From positions 3,970 through 47,919 of the forward strand of contig JBBDRK010000004.1 of assembly GCA_040905465.1 (NCBI GenBank): a DNA stretch of 43,950 nucleotides, written 5' to 3'. Below, piece by piece: positions 1 through 10,797 of this stretch. The notes under the pieces were generated by a model that saw only the letters and a list, made by a program, of their open reading frames with translations, made no database searches and was not told the origin of the DNA. Made by a program: the position numbers and the translations under genes. Source of the stretch: Trueperaceae bacterium (GTDB lineage Bacteria > Deinococcota > Deinococci > Deinococcales > Trueperaceae). Numbering within the stretch: position 1 is the stretch's first letter; every line of letters begins with the position of its first letter.

Positions 1-57
1 GGGGGGGGGCGGGCCCCCGCCGCCGAAGAATTTTCGCTGGATGCGGACGGTGTCCCG

Positions 58-642
58 GTGAAACTGATAGTGGGATTGGGAAACCCGGGTGAGAGCTACC
101 GCCGGACGCGGCACAACGCCGGCTACCTGGTGATGGACGAGCTCGCCCGGCGCCACGGGCTGAAGTTCCGAAAGGCGCGCGGCGGTGATTCCAGCCGGCT
201 GGGAGGGGTCACCCTGCTCAAACCGACCACCTACATGAACGGTTCCGGTCGGGCTGTGCAGGCGGCCGCCGGGGCGGCAAGAGCCCGCAGCGAGCAGATT
301 CTGGTGGTTCACGATGACCTCGACCTGCCGTTGGGCAAGTTGCGATTCAAACGGGGCGGCGGCGCCGGCGGGCAGCGAGGCGTGCAGGACACCATCGCCC
401 GCATCGGGCCAGACTTCTGGCGGTTGAAGCTGGGAATCTCGCGGCCGCCACCCGGCTGGCAGGTCGAAAACTGGGTGCTCAGCCGCTTTCGCGAAGAGGA
501 GCAGGAGCTGGTCGGGCGGGTCGTGACTGCCGCCGCTGACTCCGTAGAGCTGCTGCTGAGCAGCGACATCGATACGGCGATGAACAGCACCAACGGGCTC
601 GATCTGGCAGCCCCTACGGAGCCGCGCGGCAGCGCGGACTAA
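58..642 (+). CDS. pth: Peptidyl-tRNA hydrolase
   Basis: MKLIVGLGNPG..Y..TRHNAG, KPTTYMNGSG and VVHDDLDL motifs; GTG start. Confidence 0.96.
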   Translation: MKLIVGLGNPGESYRRTRHNAGYLVMDELARRHGLKFRKARGGDSSRLGGVTLLKPTTYMNGSGRAVQAAAGAARARSEQILVVHDDLDLPLGKLRFKRGGGAGGQRGVQDTIARIGPDFWRLKLGISRPPPGWQVENWVLSRFREEEQELVGRVVTAAADSVELLLSSDIDTAMNSTNGLDLAAPTEPRGSAD

Positions 643-1568
643 GGCGCGCCGATACCCTCGAGCCGCGCCAGCTCATCTCGGTAGGCCAGTTCATCGAGAG
701 GAAGGTAGCCGATCTCTCTCATGAGCTCGCGACCGCGCGGCGACAGCAGCATCTCCACGAACTCGACCACGAGCGGCTCCTCGGAGATCGCCGCCGTGCT
801 CACATAGAGCTGGAGCCGGCGCAGCAGCACAGGAGCGTCGTGTCCGCTCGGCACGCCGGCTTCCAGGCGCGGCACCACGCAGCCGTCACCCTCGTCTATA
901 GCCAACGCCCTTAGGCCCCCGGGGCCGTTCCGATAGTAGGCGTGACCGAAGAAGGCCACTCCGTTCTCCTCGGCGGCAACCCGGTGTGCCAGCAGAGCGT
1001 CGTCTTCGCTGGGGAAGAAGTCGGTGCGGAGTGCACCTCCGCCGAGCACGCGGTCGGCGAAGACGTCGTAGGTGCCGCTGGCCACACCCGGCGCGAAGAG
1101 CGCTATCTCCTCGTTCGGCCAGTTCTGCCTGAGGTCGCTCCAGCGATCGACCGTAGACCCTTCGGCCCACAACCGACCCAGCTCATTTAGCCGCAGGCAT
1201 GTCAGCCACTCGTTCCGGGCGTTCACCACCACGGTGATCCAGTCGTATGCGAGCGTGAGGGCGATGAACTCCACGTCCGCCGCGGCGCAGGCCGCCGTCT
1301 CTTCACCGGTCGCCGGCCGGCTGGCGCCGATCATCTCCACCTGGCCGCTGCAGAACAGCTCGAACCCGACCCCGGTACCCGAGAAGCGAAGCGAGAGTAC
1401 CGTACCGTCGGCTCCCGGTCCCAGTGCCTCCGCTACCGCCCGCAACAGCGGATGAACGGTGGAGGAGCCGTCCACCCGGATCTGCTGGCCCGTCGCCTCA
1501 CCCTGCCACATGAGCAGCCAGAGTGCCGCCGGCAGCAAGACCGACAACCGCAAACTCCTGCGAACCAC
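639..1568 (-). CDS. PstS-family phosphate-binding protein (orphan)
   Basis: Signal-peptide-like N-terminus; DGSSTV, SGTGVG, ASR and SGT motifs of PstS/PBP_like_2; overlaps the pth stop convergently by 4 nt. Confidence 0.8.
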   Translation of the reverse strand: MVRRSLRLSVLLPAALWLLMWQGEATGQQIRVDGSSTVHPLLRAVAEALGPGADGTVLSLRFSGTGVGFELFCSGQVEMIGASRPATGEETAACAAADVEFIALTLAYDWITVVVNARNEWLTCLRLNELGRLWAEGSTVDRWSDLRQNWPNEEIALFAPGVASGTYDVFADRVLGGGALRTDFFPSEDDALLAHRVAAEENGVAFFGHAYYRNGPGGLRALAIDEGDGCVVPRLEAGVPSGHDAPVLLRRLQLYVSTAAISEEPLVVEFVEMLLSPRGRELMREIGYLPLDELAYRDELARLEGIGAP

Positions 1569-1631
1569 CCGAAAACCCCCGGACTCAGGGTACCGGGTGG
1601 CCGGTTATCCGCCTCCCCCACCGTCACGAAC

Positions 1632-4280
<2,649 letters not shown>

Positions 4281-4285
4281 GAGAA

Positions 4286-4620
4286 AACCTCCTCCGCCTG
4301 GCCTGATGCCTGAGCAAAATCCTGTTGCCTGGGCAATAAGGCACGCTGCGGACGAGGCGCACGCCCCGCGGTACCACCGCAGTTCCTCTCGCTGCCGGCA
4401 CGTCGCCGGCCCGGCCAGAGGCTCTCGTTCTACCGCACTCACGGGGCGGCTGCCGGAGGTTCTAACGGGCGCCGTTAACGCCTTTCTTCCTCGAAACGCG
4501 AGGTGGACCGGAGTCCGGTTTCGCGCCGGGCGACATTCATCGACTGTGCTTCCGCTCCGACTCTCAGCGCGTCATCGGAACTCTCTGTGGACCTGTAAGT
4601 CGACTACTACTCCCGTTGTC
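4286..4620 (-). ncRNA. T-box riboswitch (Val specifier GTC) in the valS leader
   Basis: Minus strand shows stem I with AGTA, CAGAGAG and GCTGAGAG motifs, TGAA-T-GTC specifier (4532-4534), stem II/III, T-box AACTGCGGTGGTACCGCG (4367-4384) and antiterminator GCGG-TGGTACC-GCGGGGC/GCCTCGT-CCGC. Confidence 0.93.
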
Positions 4621-4655
4621 GGGCTCCGGCGGCAGACCGGAATCCGTTTGATGGA

Positions 4656-4684
4656 AGTCTAGCAGCCGGTCGAACGCGATACAA
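4656..4684 (-). promoter_or_regulatory. Sigma70-type promoter of the T-box/valS transcript
   Basis: TTGTAT-N17-TAGACT with extended TG, immediately upstream of T-box stem I. Confidence 0.7.
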
Positions 4685-4831
4685 GCAAGCGCCGCGTGCC
4701 GGGTAGCCGGTGGCAACCGCCGACGCTGTTGCCCTGTTAGCTTGGGTGAAGTCGAGTTGTGGCAAAGCGGTCGTTCGAGGCGGCTCGCCTGCACCACAGA
4801 CCGCATCCCGTAGCGAAACGGAGGAACCCCC

Positions 4832-4936
4832 ATGAATCGCCAGGTCACCCAACCATTCGAGCGACGGAACCGCCGCGCAAGCGAGCGTAGTCCGCAAATC
4901 ACCGTTGCCCGGTGCGCCGTGACGAGCGCCGGATGA
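4832..4936 (+). CDS. Putative 34-aa upstream ORF (MNRQVTQPFERRNRRASERSPQITVARCAVTSAG)
   Basis: GGAGG at 4820-4824, 7 nt before ATG 4832; its TGA overlaps the hydrolase ATG (ATGA). Confidence 0.35.
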   Translation: MNRQVTQPFERRNRRASERSPQITVARCAVTSAG

Positions 4937-5592
4937 ACGGCCCGCACAGCGGCGCCATCGCCGCCAGCGCCGGTGCCCCGCTCGCTGCTTCCGGCGCCGC
5001 AATGGTGATGATCCACGGACGGGGCGACTCTGCCGCGGGCATCCTGAGTCTCGCCGAGGTGTTCGACAGGCCGGACATCGCGTACGTGGCACCCCAGGCG
5101 ACCCACAACACCTGGTATCCCAACTCGTTCCTGGTCTCGCTGGCCGACAACGAGCCGTGGCTCGGCTCGGCTCTGGAGGCGATGGGGGCGGTGGTCGACG
5201 CGGTTGCTGCAGCCGGCATGGCTCGCGAGCGCATCGTGCTTCTCGGCTTCTCCCAAGGAGCCTGCCTGGCAAGCGAATACGCCGCCCGCAACGCGGCACG
5301 CTTCGGTGCCGTGGTCGCCTTGTCCGGTGGCCTCATCGGTCCCGACGGCACCACTCGCGACTACGGCGGGTCGTTGCAGGGCACCCCGGTATTTCTCGGC
5401 TGCAGCGATGTCGACGCCCATATTCCGGTTGCCCGCGTTCACGAGACAGCCGACGTTTTGGCCGCCATGGGAGCGTCGGTGGAGAAGCGCATCTATCCGA
5501 ACTTCGGTCACACCGTGAATCAGGACGAAGTCGACTGGGTGAAGGGGTTGCTGAGCGAACTCCTGCAGGACAGCCGTCACCTGGAACGCTAG
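4933..5592 (+). CDS. Phospholipase/carboxylesterase-family alpha/beta hydrolase
   Basis: HGRG, GFSQG nucleophile elbow, D-x-H and GHTV catalytic motifs; start taken as ATG 4933. Confidence 0.88.
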   Translation: MNGPHSGAIAASAGAPLAASGAAMVMIHGRGDSAAGILSLAEVFDRPDIAYVAPQATHNTWYPNSFLVSLADNEPWLGSALEAMGAVVDAVAAAGMARERIVLLGFSQGACLASEYAARNAARFGAVVALSGGLIGPDGTTRDYGGSLQGTPVFLGCSDVDAHIPVARVHETADVLAAMGASVEKRIYPNFGHTVNQDEVDWVKGLLSELLQDSRHLER

Positions 5593-5634
5593 CGGCGCGT
5601 CCTTCGGACACGGTTGTCTTTTGCAGCGTCGTCT

Positions 5635-5646
5635 GGTAACGTTACC
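5635..5646. promoter_or_regulatory. LacI-family operator, copy 1 (GGTAACGTTACC)
   Basis: Perfect 12-bp palindrome with central CG upstream of an operon that encodes a LacI regulator. Confidence 0.75.
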
Positions 5647-5721
5647 GCAGTGCTTCCATAACTGAAGACCGACGTTCCCCAGAGGAGGGAGGAGTGGCCG
5701 TTGTTCCGCGTTATCGAGTAA

Positions 5722-5735
5722 TGGTAACGTTACCA
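5722..5735. promoter_or_regulatory. LacI-family operator, copy 2 (TGGTAACGTTACCA)
   Basis: Perfect 14-bp palindrome with the same core as copy 1, overlapping a candidate extended -10 (TGgTAACGT). Confidence 0.8.
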
Positions 5736-5772
5736 CCGACGAGTCTCATGAAAGCCGCGAGGAGATAACTGC

Positions 5773-6963
5773 ATGAAGGCAATCCTGTTGACCCTGACTT
5801 TGCTCATCGCAAGCCTGGCTGCCGGCCAGGAACGGATAACGATCTGGACGCACTTCACCGAGGTCCAGGAGCTCGAGTGGCTGAAGGCACAGGCGCAGGG
5901 CTACGAAAACGATACCGGCGTCCGGGTAGAGGTGGTCGAGGTGCCCTTCGACGACATCCGCCAGAAGCTGGTACTCGGCGCACCTCAGGGAGACGCCGCC
6001 GACCTGATAGTCACGATCCCGCACGATTGGGTAGGCGAACTGGCCGCCTCGGGCGTGCTGGAGCCGCTGACTGAACATATCGACGCCGCAAGCCTCGATG
6101 ATCTGGAACCGGTGGCGGTCGAGGCGCTGAACTTCGAAGGCAGCCTGTTCGGCTTCCCCATGTTCATGGAGGGGATCGCGCTGCTCTACAACCGCGACCT
6201 GGTAGAGAGCGCGCCGGAGACCTGGGACGAGGTTCTGACCATAGCCGAGGAGCAACAGGCCGCGGGAAGGTTCGGACTCCTCTACCAGCTCGACATTCCC
6301 TACTACGGCTACGGCTGGTGGAAGTCGTACGACGGCTACATCTTCGGCGAGGCGCAGGGAGGCGGTCTCGACGCCAACGACATTGGACTCGGCGAAGAAG
6401 CCGGGTACCGGGCCGCGAACTTCATCAAGGACCTGCGCTACCGGTACGCTTTGGTGCCCGAGGGGGTCGACTACCCGGTAGCCAACTCTGCGTTCCTGGA
6501 CGGCGCCGCAGCCATGATCCTCAACGGACCGTGGGCGGTCGGCGACTACCGACAGGCCGGGCTCGACTTCGGAATCGCCCCGATGCCGTCACCGCCGGGA
6601 GCCGAAGAGCCCTGGGGCCCGATGGTCGGCGTCCAGGGGATAGTCCTCAACGCCTACTCCGACCGAAAGGCAGAGGCGGTCGAGTTCGCCCGGTACCTGG
6701 TCGAGCCCGGCCAGCAGGTGTCTTTCAATCAGGCAGGGGGCCGAATTCCGGTTGCCCTGGAGGCGACCGAGCAACTTGCCGACGATCCGATAGTCCAAGG
6801 CTTCTCCTCCTCCATCGCACTGGGGCAAGCGATGCCGAACATCCCGGAGATGGGTCGGGTGTGGGGCGCCTGGGGTAACGCACTGCAACTTGTCCTGCAG
6901 AGTCCAGATTCCGACGTCGAAGCGATCATCGACGACATGATGGTAGAGCTCCTCGCCGACTGA
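5773..6963 (+). CDS. malE: Maltose/maltodextrin ABC transporter substrate-binding protein
   Basis: Signal peptide; PHDWVG, AMILNGPWA, MPNIPEMGRVW motifs; GGAG RBS. Confidence 0.9.
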   Translation: MKAILLTLTLLIASLAAGQERITIWTHFTEVQELEWLKAQAQGYENDTGVRVEVVEVPFDDIRQKLVLGAPQGDAADLIVTIPHDWVGELAASGVLEPLTEHIDAASLDDLEPVAVEALNFEGSLFGFPMFMEGIALLYNRDLVESAPETWDEVLTIAEEQQAAGRFGLLYQLDIPYYGYGWWKSYDGYIFGEAQGGGLDANDIGLGEEAGYRAANFIKDLRYRYALVPEGVDYPVANSAFLDGAAAMILNGPWAVGDYRQAGLDFGIAPMPSPPGAEEPWGPMVGVQGIVLNAYSDRKAEAVEFARYLVEPGQQVSFNQAGGRIPVALEATEQLADDPIVQGFSSSIALGQAMPNIPEMGRVWGAWGNALQLVLQSPDSDVEAIIDDMMVELLAD

Positions 6964-6973
6964 GCGGCGGGTC

Positions 6974-7001
6974 GGGCCCGGCTCCGCACCCGTCCGGGCC
7001 C
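6974..7001 (+). other. Intercistronic hairpin after malE
   Basis: GGGCCCGG...CCGGGCCC 8-bp stem with no U-tract. Confidence 0.45.
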
Positions 7002-7022
7002 CTCGCTGGCTTACGCGTCTCA

Positions 7023-8363
7023 ATGTACAGGCAGCAGAAAAGCACCAAGACTACGCTGGTCGCCGGCGCGATATTGAGTATCGCGACGGCGACCGCGGTT
7101 GCTCTCGGGCTCCTGGTCTTCTGGGCCCTGACCACCCTCTATTCGGACACGCCCGGCTACGTGCTACTGTTCACGATCGCCATGGCCCTGCTGCCGATCC
7201 TGGCGCTGGCAGTACGGTGGCTTCCGCTTCTCGGCTACTGGTACTATTTCCTGCCCGCCCTTCTCTTCCTTCTCGTATTCACCGTCTATCCCATATTCCT
7301 GACTGTCTATCTGGCCTTCACCGACTACTCGGGTGCTCGCAGCGGCCAACCGAACCGCGCGACCCAGACCAGGGTCAGCGAGGTCGACGACCGCACTCTC
7401 ACGCTCGCCGGCCCGGTGGCGCTGTCGCTTCGCTGCGGTAACGAGTGCGTGGGCCGGCGGGTAGAGCTGCAGGCGGGGTCGGAGCGGACCAAGCTGCGCA
7501 TCCGGGACGTATCGGGTGAGCGCCTTGAGCTGGAGCGGTCGCCACCGTTCGAGCCAGTACTCGTCAGCATCGTCAACGACTTCGGCTTCGTCGGCCTGGG
7601 CAATTTCGCTTTCATCCTCCGGCGGGCCTCTCGCTCGCTGCTGCCGGTTTTCACCTGGAACCTCGTTTTCGCGTCGGTCAGCGTGCTCGTTGTCGCGGTC
7701 CTCGGCGTGCTACTGGCTATCTTGCTGAACAACCGCTCGCTCGCGTTTCGGGGCCTCTATCGCACCCTGCTGATAATTCCCTGGGCGATCCCCGGCGTAA
7801 TCAGCATCCAGATGTGGCAGGCGTTGCTGAACCACCAGTTCGGCTCCATCAACAGGCTACTCGGCCTGCTCGGTATCTACCCGATTCCCTGGCTGCTCGA
7901 TCCGCTATGGGCCAAGGCGGCCGTCCTGCTGGTCAACGGCTGGCTCGGCTTCCCCTTCATGATGGTGGCCGCTCTCGGCGCCCTTTCCACCATCCCGGAC
8001 GAGCTCTACGAGGCTGCCAGGATCGACGGGGCGTCACCGCTCCAGGCGTTACGCGAGGTCACCCTCCCGCTGCTCTATCCGCCGATGCTGCCCGTCCTGC
8101 TCACGGCTTTCGCCTTCAACTTCAACAACTTCAACGTGATCTACCTCCTGACCGGCGGCGGGCCCGCCCAAGAGGGCCGCCTCGCTACCGCTCAGGGCAC
8201 CGACATCCTCATCTCCTGGGCGTACAAGACGGCATTCAGCTCGGCGGGGCAGACTGCCTACGGCCTGGGAGCCGCCATCTCGATAGTCATCTTCCTGGTG
8301 ACGGTGGCGATCAGCTTCCTGAACTTCCGGCTGACCGGGGTACTGAAGGAGGCGGGCGAGTGA
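7023..8363 (+). CDS. malF: Maltose/maltodextrin ABC permease, MalF-like
   Basis: Multiple TM segments; YEAARIDGA (EAA loop); FAFNFNNFNVIYLLTGGGP. Confidence 0.88.
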   Translation: MYRQQKSTKTTLVAGAILSIATATAVALGLLVFWALTTLYSDTPGYVLLFTIAMALLPILALAVRWLPLLGYWYYFLPALLFLLVFTVYPIFLTVYLAFTDYSGARSGQPNRATQTRVSEVDDRTLTLAGPVALSLRCGNECVGRRVELQAGSERTKLRIRDVSGERLELERSPPFEPVLVSIVNDFGFVGLGNFAFILRRASRSLLPVFTWNLVFASVSVLVVAVLGVLLAILLNNRSLAFRGLYRTLLIIPWAIPGVISIQMWQALLNHQFGSINRLLGLLGIYPIPWLLDPLWAKAAVLLVNGWLGFPFMMVAALGALSTIPDELYEAARIDGASPLQALREVTLPLLYPPMLPVLLTAFAFNFNNFNVIYLLTGGGPAQEGRLATAQGTDILISWAYKTAFSSAGQTAYGLGAAISIVIFLVTVAISFLNFRLTGVLKEAGE

Positions 8364-9670
8364 GGCGGGCGCTGTACCTCGCCCTCGGTTCGGCCGCCCT
8401 CCTCGCCGCCGTTTCGGTTGCCCGGGACCTGGTGGGTCGGGTGCGCCCCGGCAGCGTGTTCGGCGGCGTGTTCGTCGACAGCGGCTGGATCTACGCCCTG
8501 GCAGGGCTGGCTGGCACCGTGCTCGCGATCTTGCTCTTCTCCGTCATGGTCACAGTTGTCGTAAACCACCTTCGCTCGCGGCAGCGTCGCCCCTGGCCAC
8601 TCTTTCTCCAGGGGGTCACCCACCTGTTCATGTGGCTCGTACTCGCCCTCGTTTACTACCCGGTGCTCCAGGTCGTGGCGGCCTCGTTCGATCCCCGCAA
8701 CTCGCTGTTCAGCTTTCGGCCCGTGGAGAGCCGGTTCCTGCTGGTCCGAGCCAAGGTACTCCCCGACCTCAGCCAGCTGAGCTGGTCGAACTACTCCAGG
8801 CTCTTCGACGGCCTGCAGATTCATGTCTTCCAGTGGTTGTTGGTCCTGCTGGCGGTGCTCGCGCTGGCCCTCGCGGCAGTCCTGAGCGTCCGCCTGGCAC
8901 GCCTCGGGTCGAATCGACGATCGGAACGGGCGCGCTCGCTGCTCACGCTCGGCGCCATCTTTGCACTGACCGTTCTGGTGGTGTCGCTGAGCCCGCAGCA
9001 GTTCACCGGCCGCGCCACCGAGAGCAAGTTCTTTCTGTGGGTGCGCAACACGCTGCTGGTGGCCGGCCTCACCGGCCTGCTTTCGGTCGTGCTCACCGCA
9101 ACCGCCGGTTACGCGTTCGCACGCTTCCGCTTCCTGCCCGGACGCTTCCCGATGCTCATGGGTTTCATCTTCGTGCAGATGTTCCCGGGGTTCCTCACCC
9201 TGATCGCCATCTTCTTCCTGATGAGCTGGCTCGGGCTGCTCGACACGCTGACCGGATTGGTCCTCGCCTACTCCGGAGCGGTGATCAGCTTCGGCACGTG
9301 GATCTACAAGGGGTACCTGGAGTCGTTGGGGAAGAGCCTGGAAGAGGCGGCGTTGGTCGACGGCGCAACCTCGTGGCAGGCGTTCACCCGGATCATCGTG
9401 CCGTTGTCGCTGCCGATCTTCGTCTTCATCTTCCTGATGCAGTTCGTGGGGGCCTACTCGGAGTTCATCCTCGCCAACCTCTTCCTTACCGGAGTCGAAT
9501 CGTGGACGGTGGGAATCGGCCTGTACAGCTTCACCTCGGGTCAATTCAACACCCGCTGGGGAATATTCGCTGCGGCCAGCATCCTGGGATCCCTGCCGAT
9601 CCTGGCCATCTTCTACGGGTTCCAACGAGCCTTCGTCTCCGGCTATACCGCTGGAGGCGTGAAAGAGTGA
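8360..9670 (+). CDS. malG: Maltose/maltodextrin ABC permease, MalG-like (long form)
   Basis: GTG 8360 overlaps the malF stop (GTGA); AGYAFARFRF, EEAALVDGA and C-terminal GGVKE motifs. Confidence 0.87.
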   Translation: MRRALYLALGSAALLAAVSVARDLVGRVRPGSVFGGVFVDSGWIYALAGLAGTVLAILLFSVMVTVVVNHLRSRQRRPWPLFLQGVTHLFMWLVLALVYYPVLQVVAASFDPRNSLFSFRPVESRFLLVRAKVLPDLSQLSWSNYSRLFDGLQIHVFQWLLVLLAVLALALAAVLSVRLARLGSNRRSERARSLLTLGAIFALTVLVVSLSPQQFTGRATESKFFLWVRNTLLVAGLTGLLSVVLTATAGYAFARFRFLPGRFPMLMGFIFVQMFPGFLTLIAIFFLMSWLGLLDTLTGLVLAYSGAVISFGTWIYKGYLESLGKSLEEAALVDGATSWQAFTRIIVPLSLPIFVFIFLMQFVGAYSEFILANLFLTGVESWTVGIGLYSFTSGQFNTRWGIFAAASILGSLPILAIFYGFQRAFVSGYTAGGVKE

Positions 9671-9719
9671 GCGACGACGCCGACAACGCGACACTGAGAG
9701 GAAGGGCGAGCGACAGCCG

Positions 9720-10724
9720 ATGAAGAGACCGAGCGTCCGCGAAGTAGCCAAACTGGCGGGTGTAGGGACGAGTACCGTCTCCCGCGCCCTGAACAATCAT
9801 CCGAGCGTATCCGACTACGCCCGTCGGCGCGTTCTTACCGCGGCCGAGGAGCTAGGCTACACTCCAAACCTGACCGCCCGGCGTCTGAGGACGGGCCAGA
9901 CTCACGCCATCTCGGTACTGCTCCCGATGACCGGCCCCGAGTTCTACACCCGGCTGCTCGACAGGCTCGAGAGCGTGCTCGAGCGGGAGAGCCTGGATAT
10001 CGCCCTCTTTCCCGTGGTCGGCGGAATCAGGCTCAAACGCTACCGTGACGCGGGCGCTCTTCCCTATCACGCCGACGGCCTGATAATCGCGTCGCTCGAC
10101 CCGGACCGCATCTACCAGGGCAGGCGCCCGCCTTACGACAGGCCGATCGTCCTGGTGGACGCCCACCATCCCGACTTTCACAGCGTCTACTTCGAGAACG
10201 CCGCAGCGGGACGGCTGGCGGCCGAGCACGCTCTCAGCCTGGGCGCGCCCATCGCCCTGGTCGACGTCGAGGAGACGCCGGGCGCGTTCGAGAGCCCGGC
10301 CTTCCGGGAGCGGCGCCAGGGCATCATGCACGAGCTGCAGCGGCACGGCATAGGCCTGGTCGACCACATCCGCCTGCCAATCTCCATCGAGGAGGGCCGG
10401 CGCGCCGCGCAACTGCTGCCGGAACCGGGCAGTGGCGAGAGCCTGACTGTGATCGCGACCTGCGACGAGCTCGCGCTCGGCGTGTTGCGGCAGCTCGGGG
10501 AGAACGGCCAGTCGCTTGGCCGCGACGTGAGCGTGATCGGCTTCGACGATCAGAGCGCGGCGGGACCGAACGAACTGACGACGGTCGCCCAGCCGATCGA
10601 GGAGATGGGAGCGGCGGCCGCCGAGTTGCTGGTGGCGGCCCTGGCGGGCGGACTCGAACGCATCGAACAGGTAGCCTTTCCACCACGGCTCGTGATCAGG
10701 CGGAGCACCGTGGGGCGAGCATGA
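9720..10724 (+). CDS. LacI-family transcriptional regulator
   Basis: VREVAKLAGVGTSTVSRALN HTH, YTPNLTARRL hinge, SVIGFDD, LTTVAQP. Confidence 0.95.
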   Translation: MKRPSVREVAKLAGVGTSTVSRALNNHPSVSDYARRRVLTAAEELGYTPNLTARRLRTGQTHAISVLLPMTGPEFYTRLLDRLESVLERESLDIALFPVVGGIRLKRYRDAGALPYHADGLIIASLDPDRIYQGRRPPYDRPIVLVDAHHPDFHSVYFENAAAGRLAAEHALSLGAPIALVDVEETPGAFESPAFRERRQGIMHELQRHGIGLVDHIRLPISIEEGRRAAQLLPEPGSGESLTVIATCDELALGVLRQLGENGQSLGRDVSVIGFDDQSAAGPNELTTVAQPIEEMGAAAAELLVAALAGGLERIEQVAFPPRLVIRRSTVGRA

Positions 10725-10797
10725 GCCGCGTCATTGCCGGTCGGAGCAGGCCGTACCGAGAGGACCTCGGCGGCGCCGCAGCCGTCGACGGAGGCCG

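Noticed and set aside
1-25. Poly-G run and GC hairpin at the window start
   Set aside because: Truncated context; may be an upstream terminator remnant or a contig-end/sequencing artefact
4281-4442. 54-aa N-terminal extension of ValS in the ORF track
   Set aside because: Region is the T-box stem III, antiterminator and SD; the true start is ATG 4280
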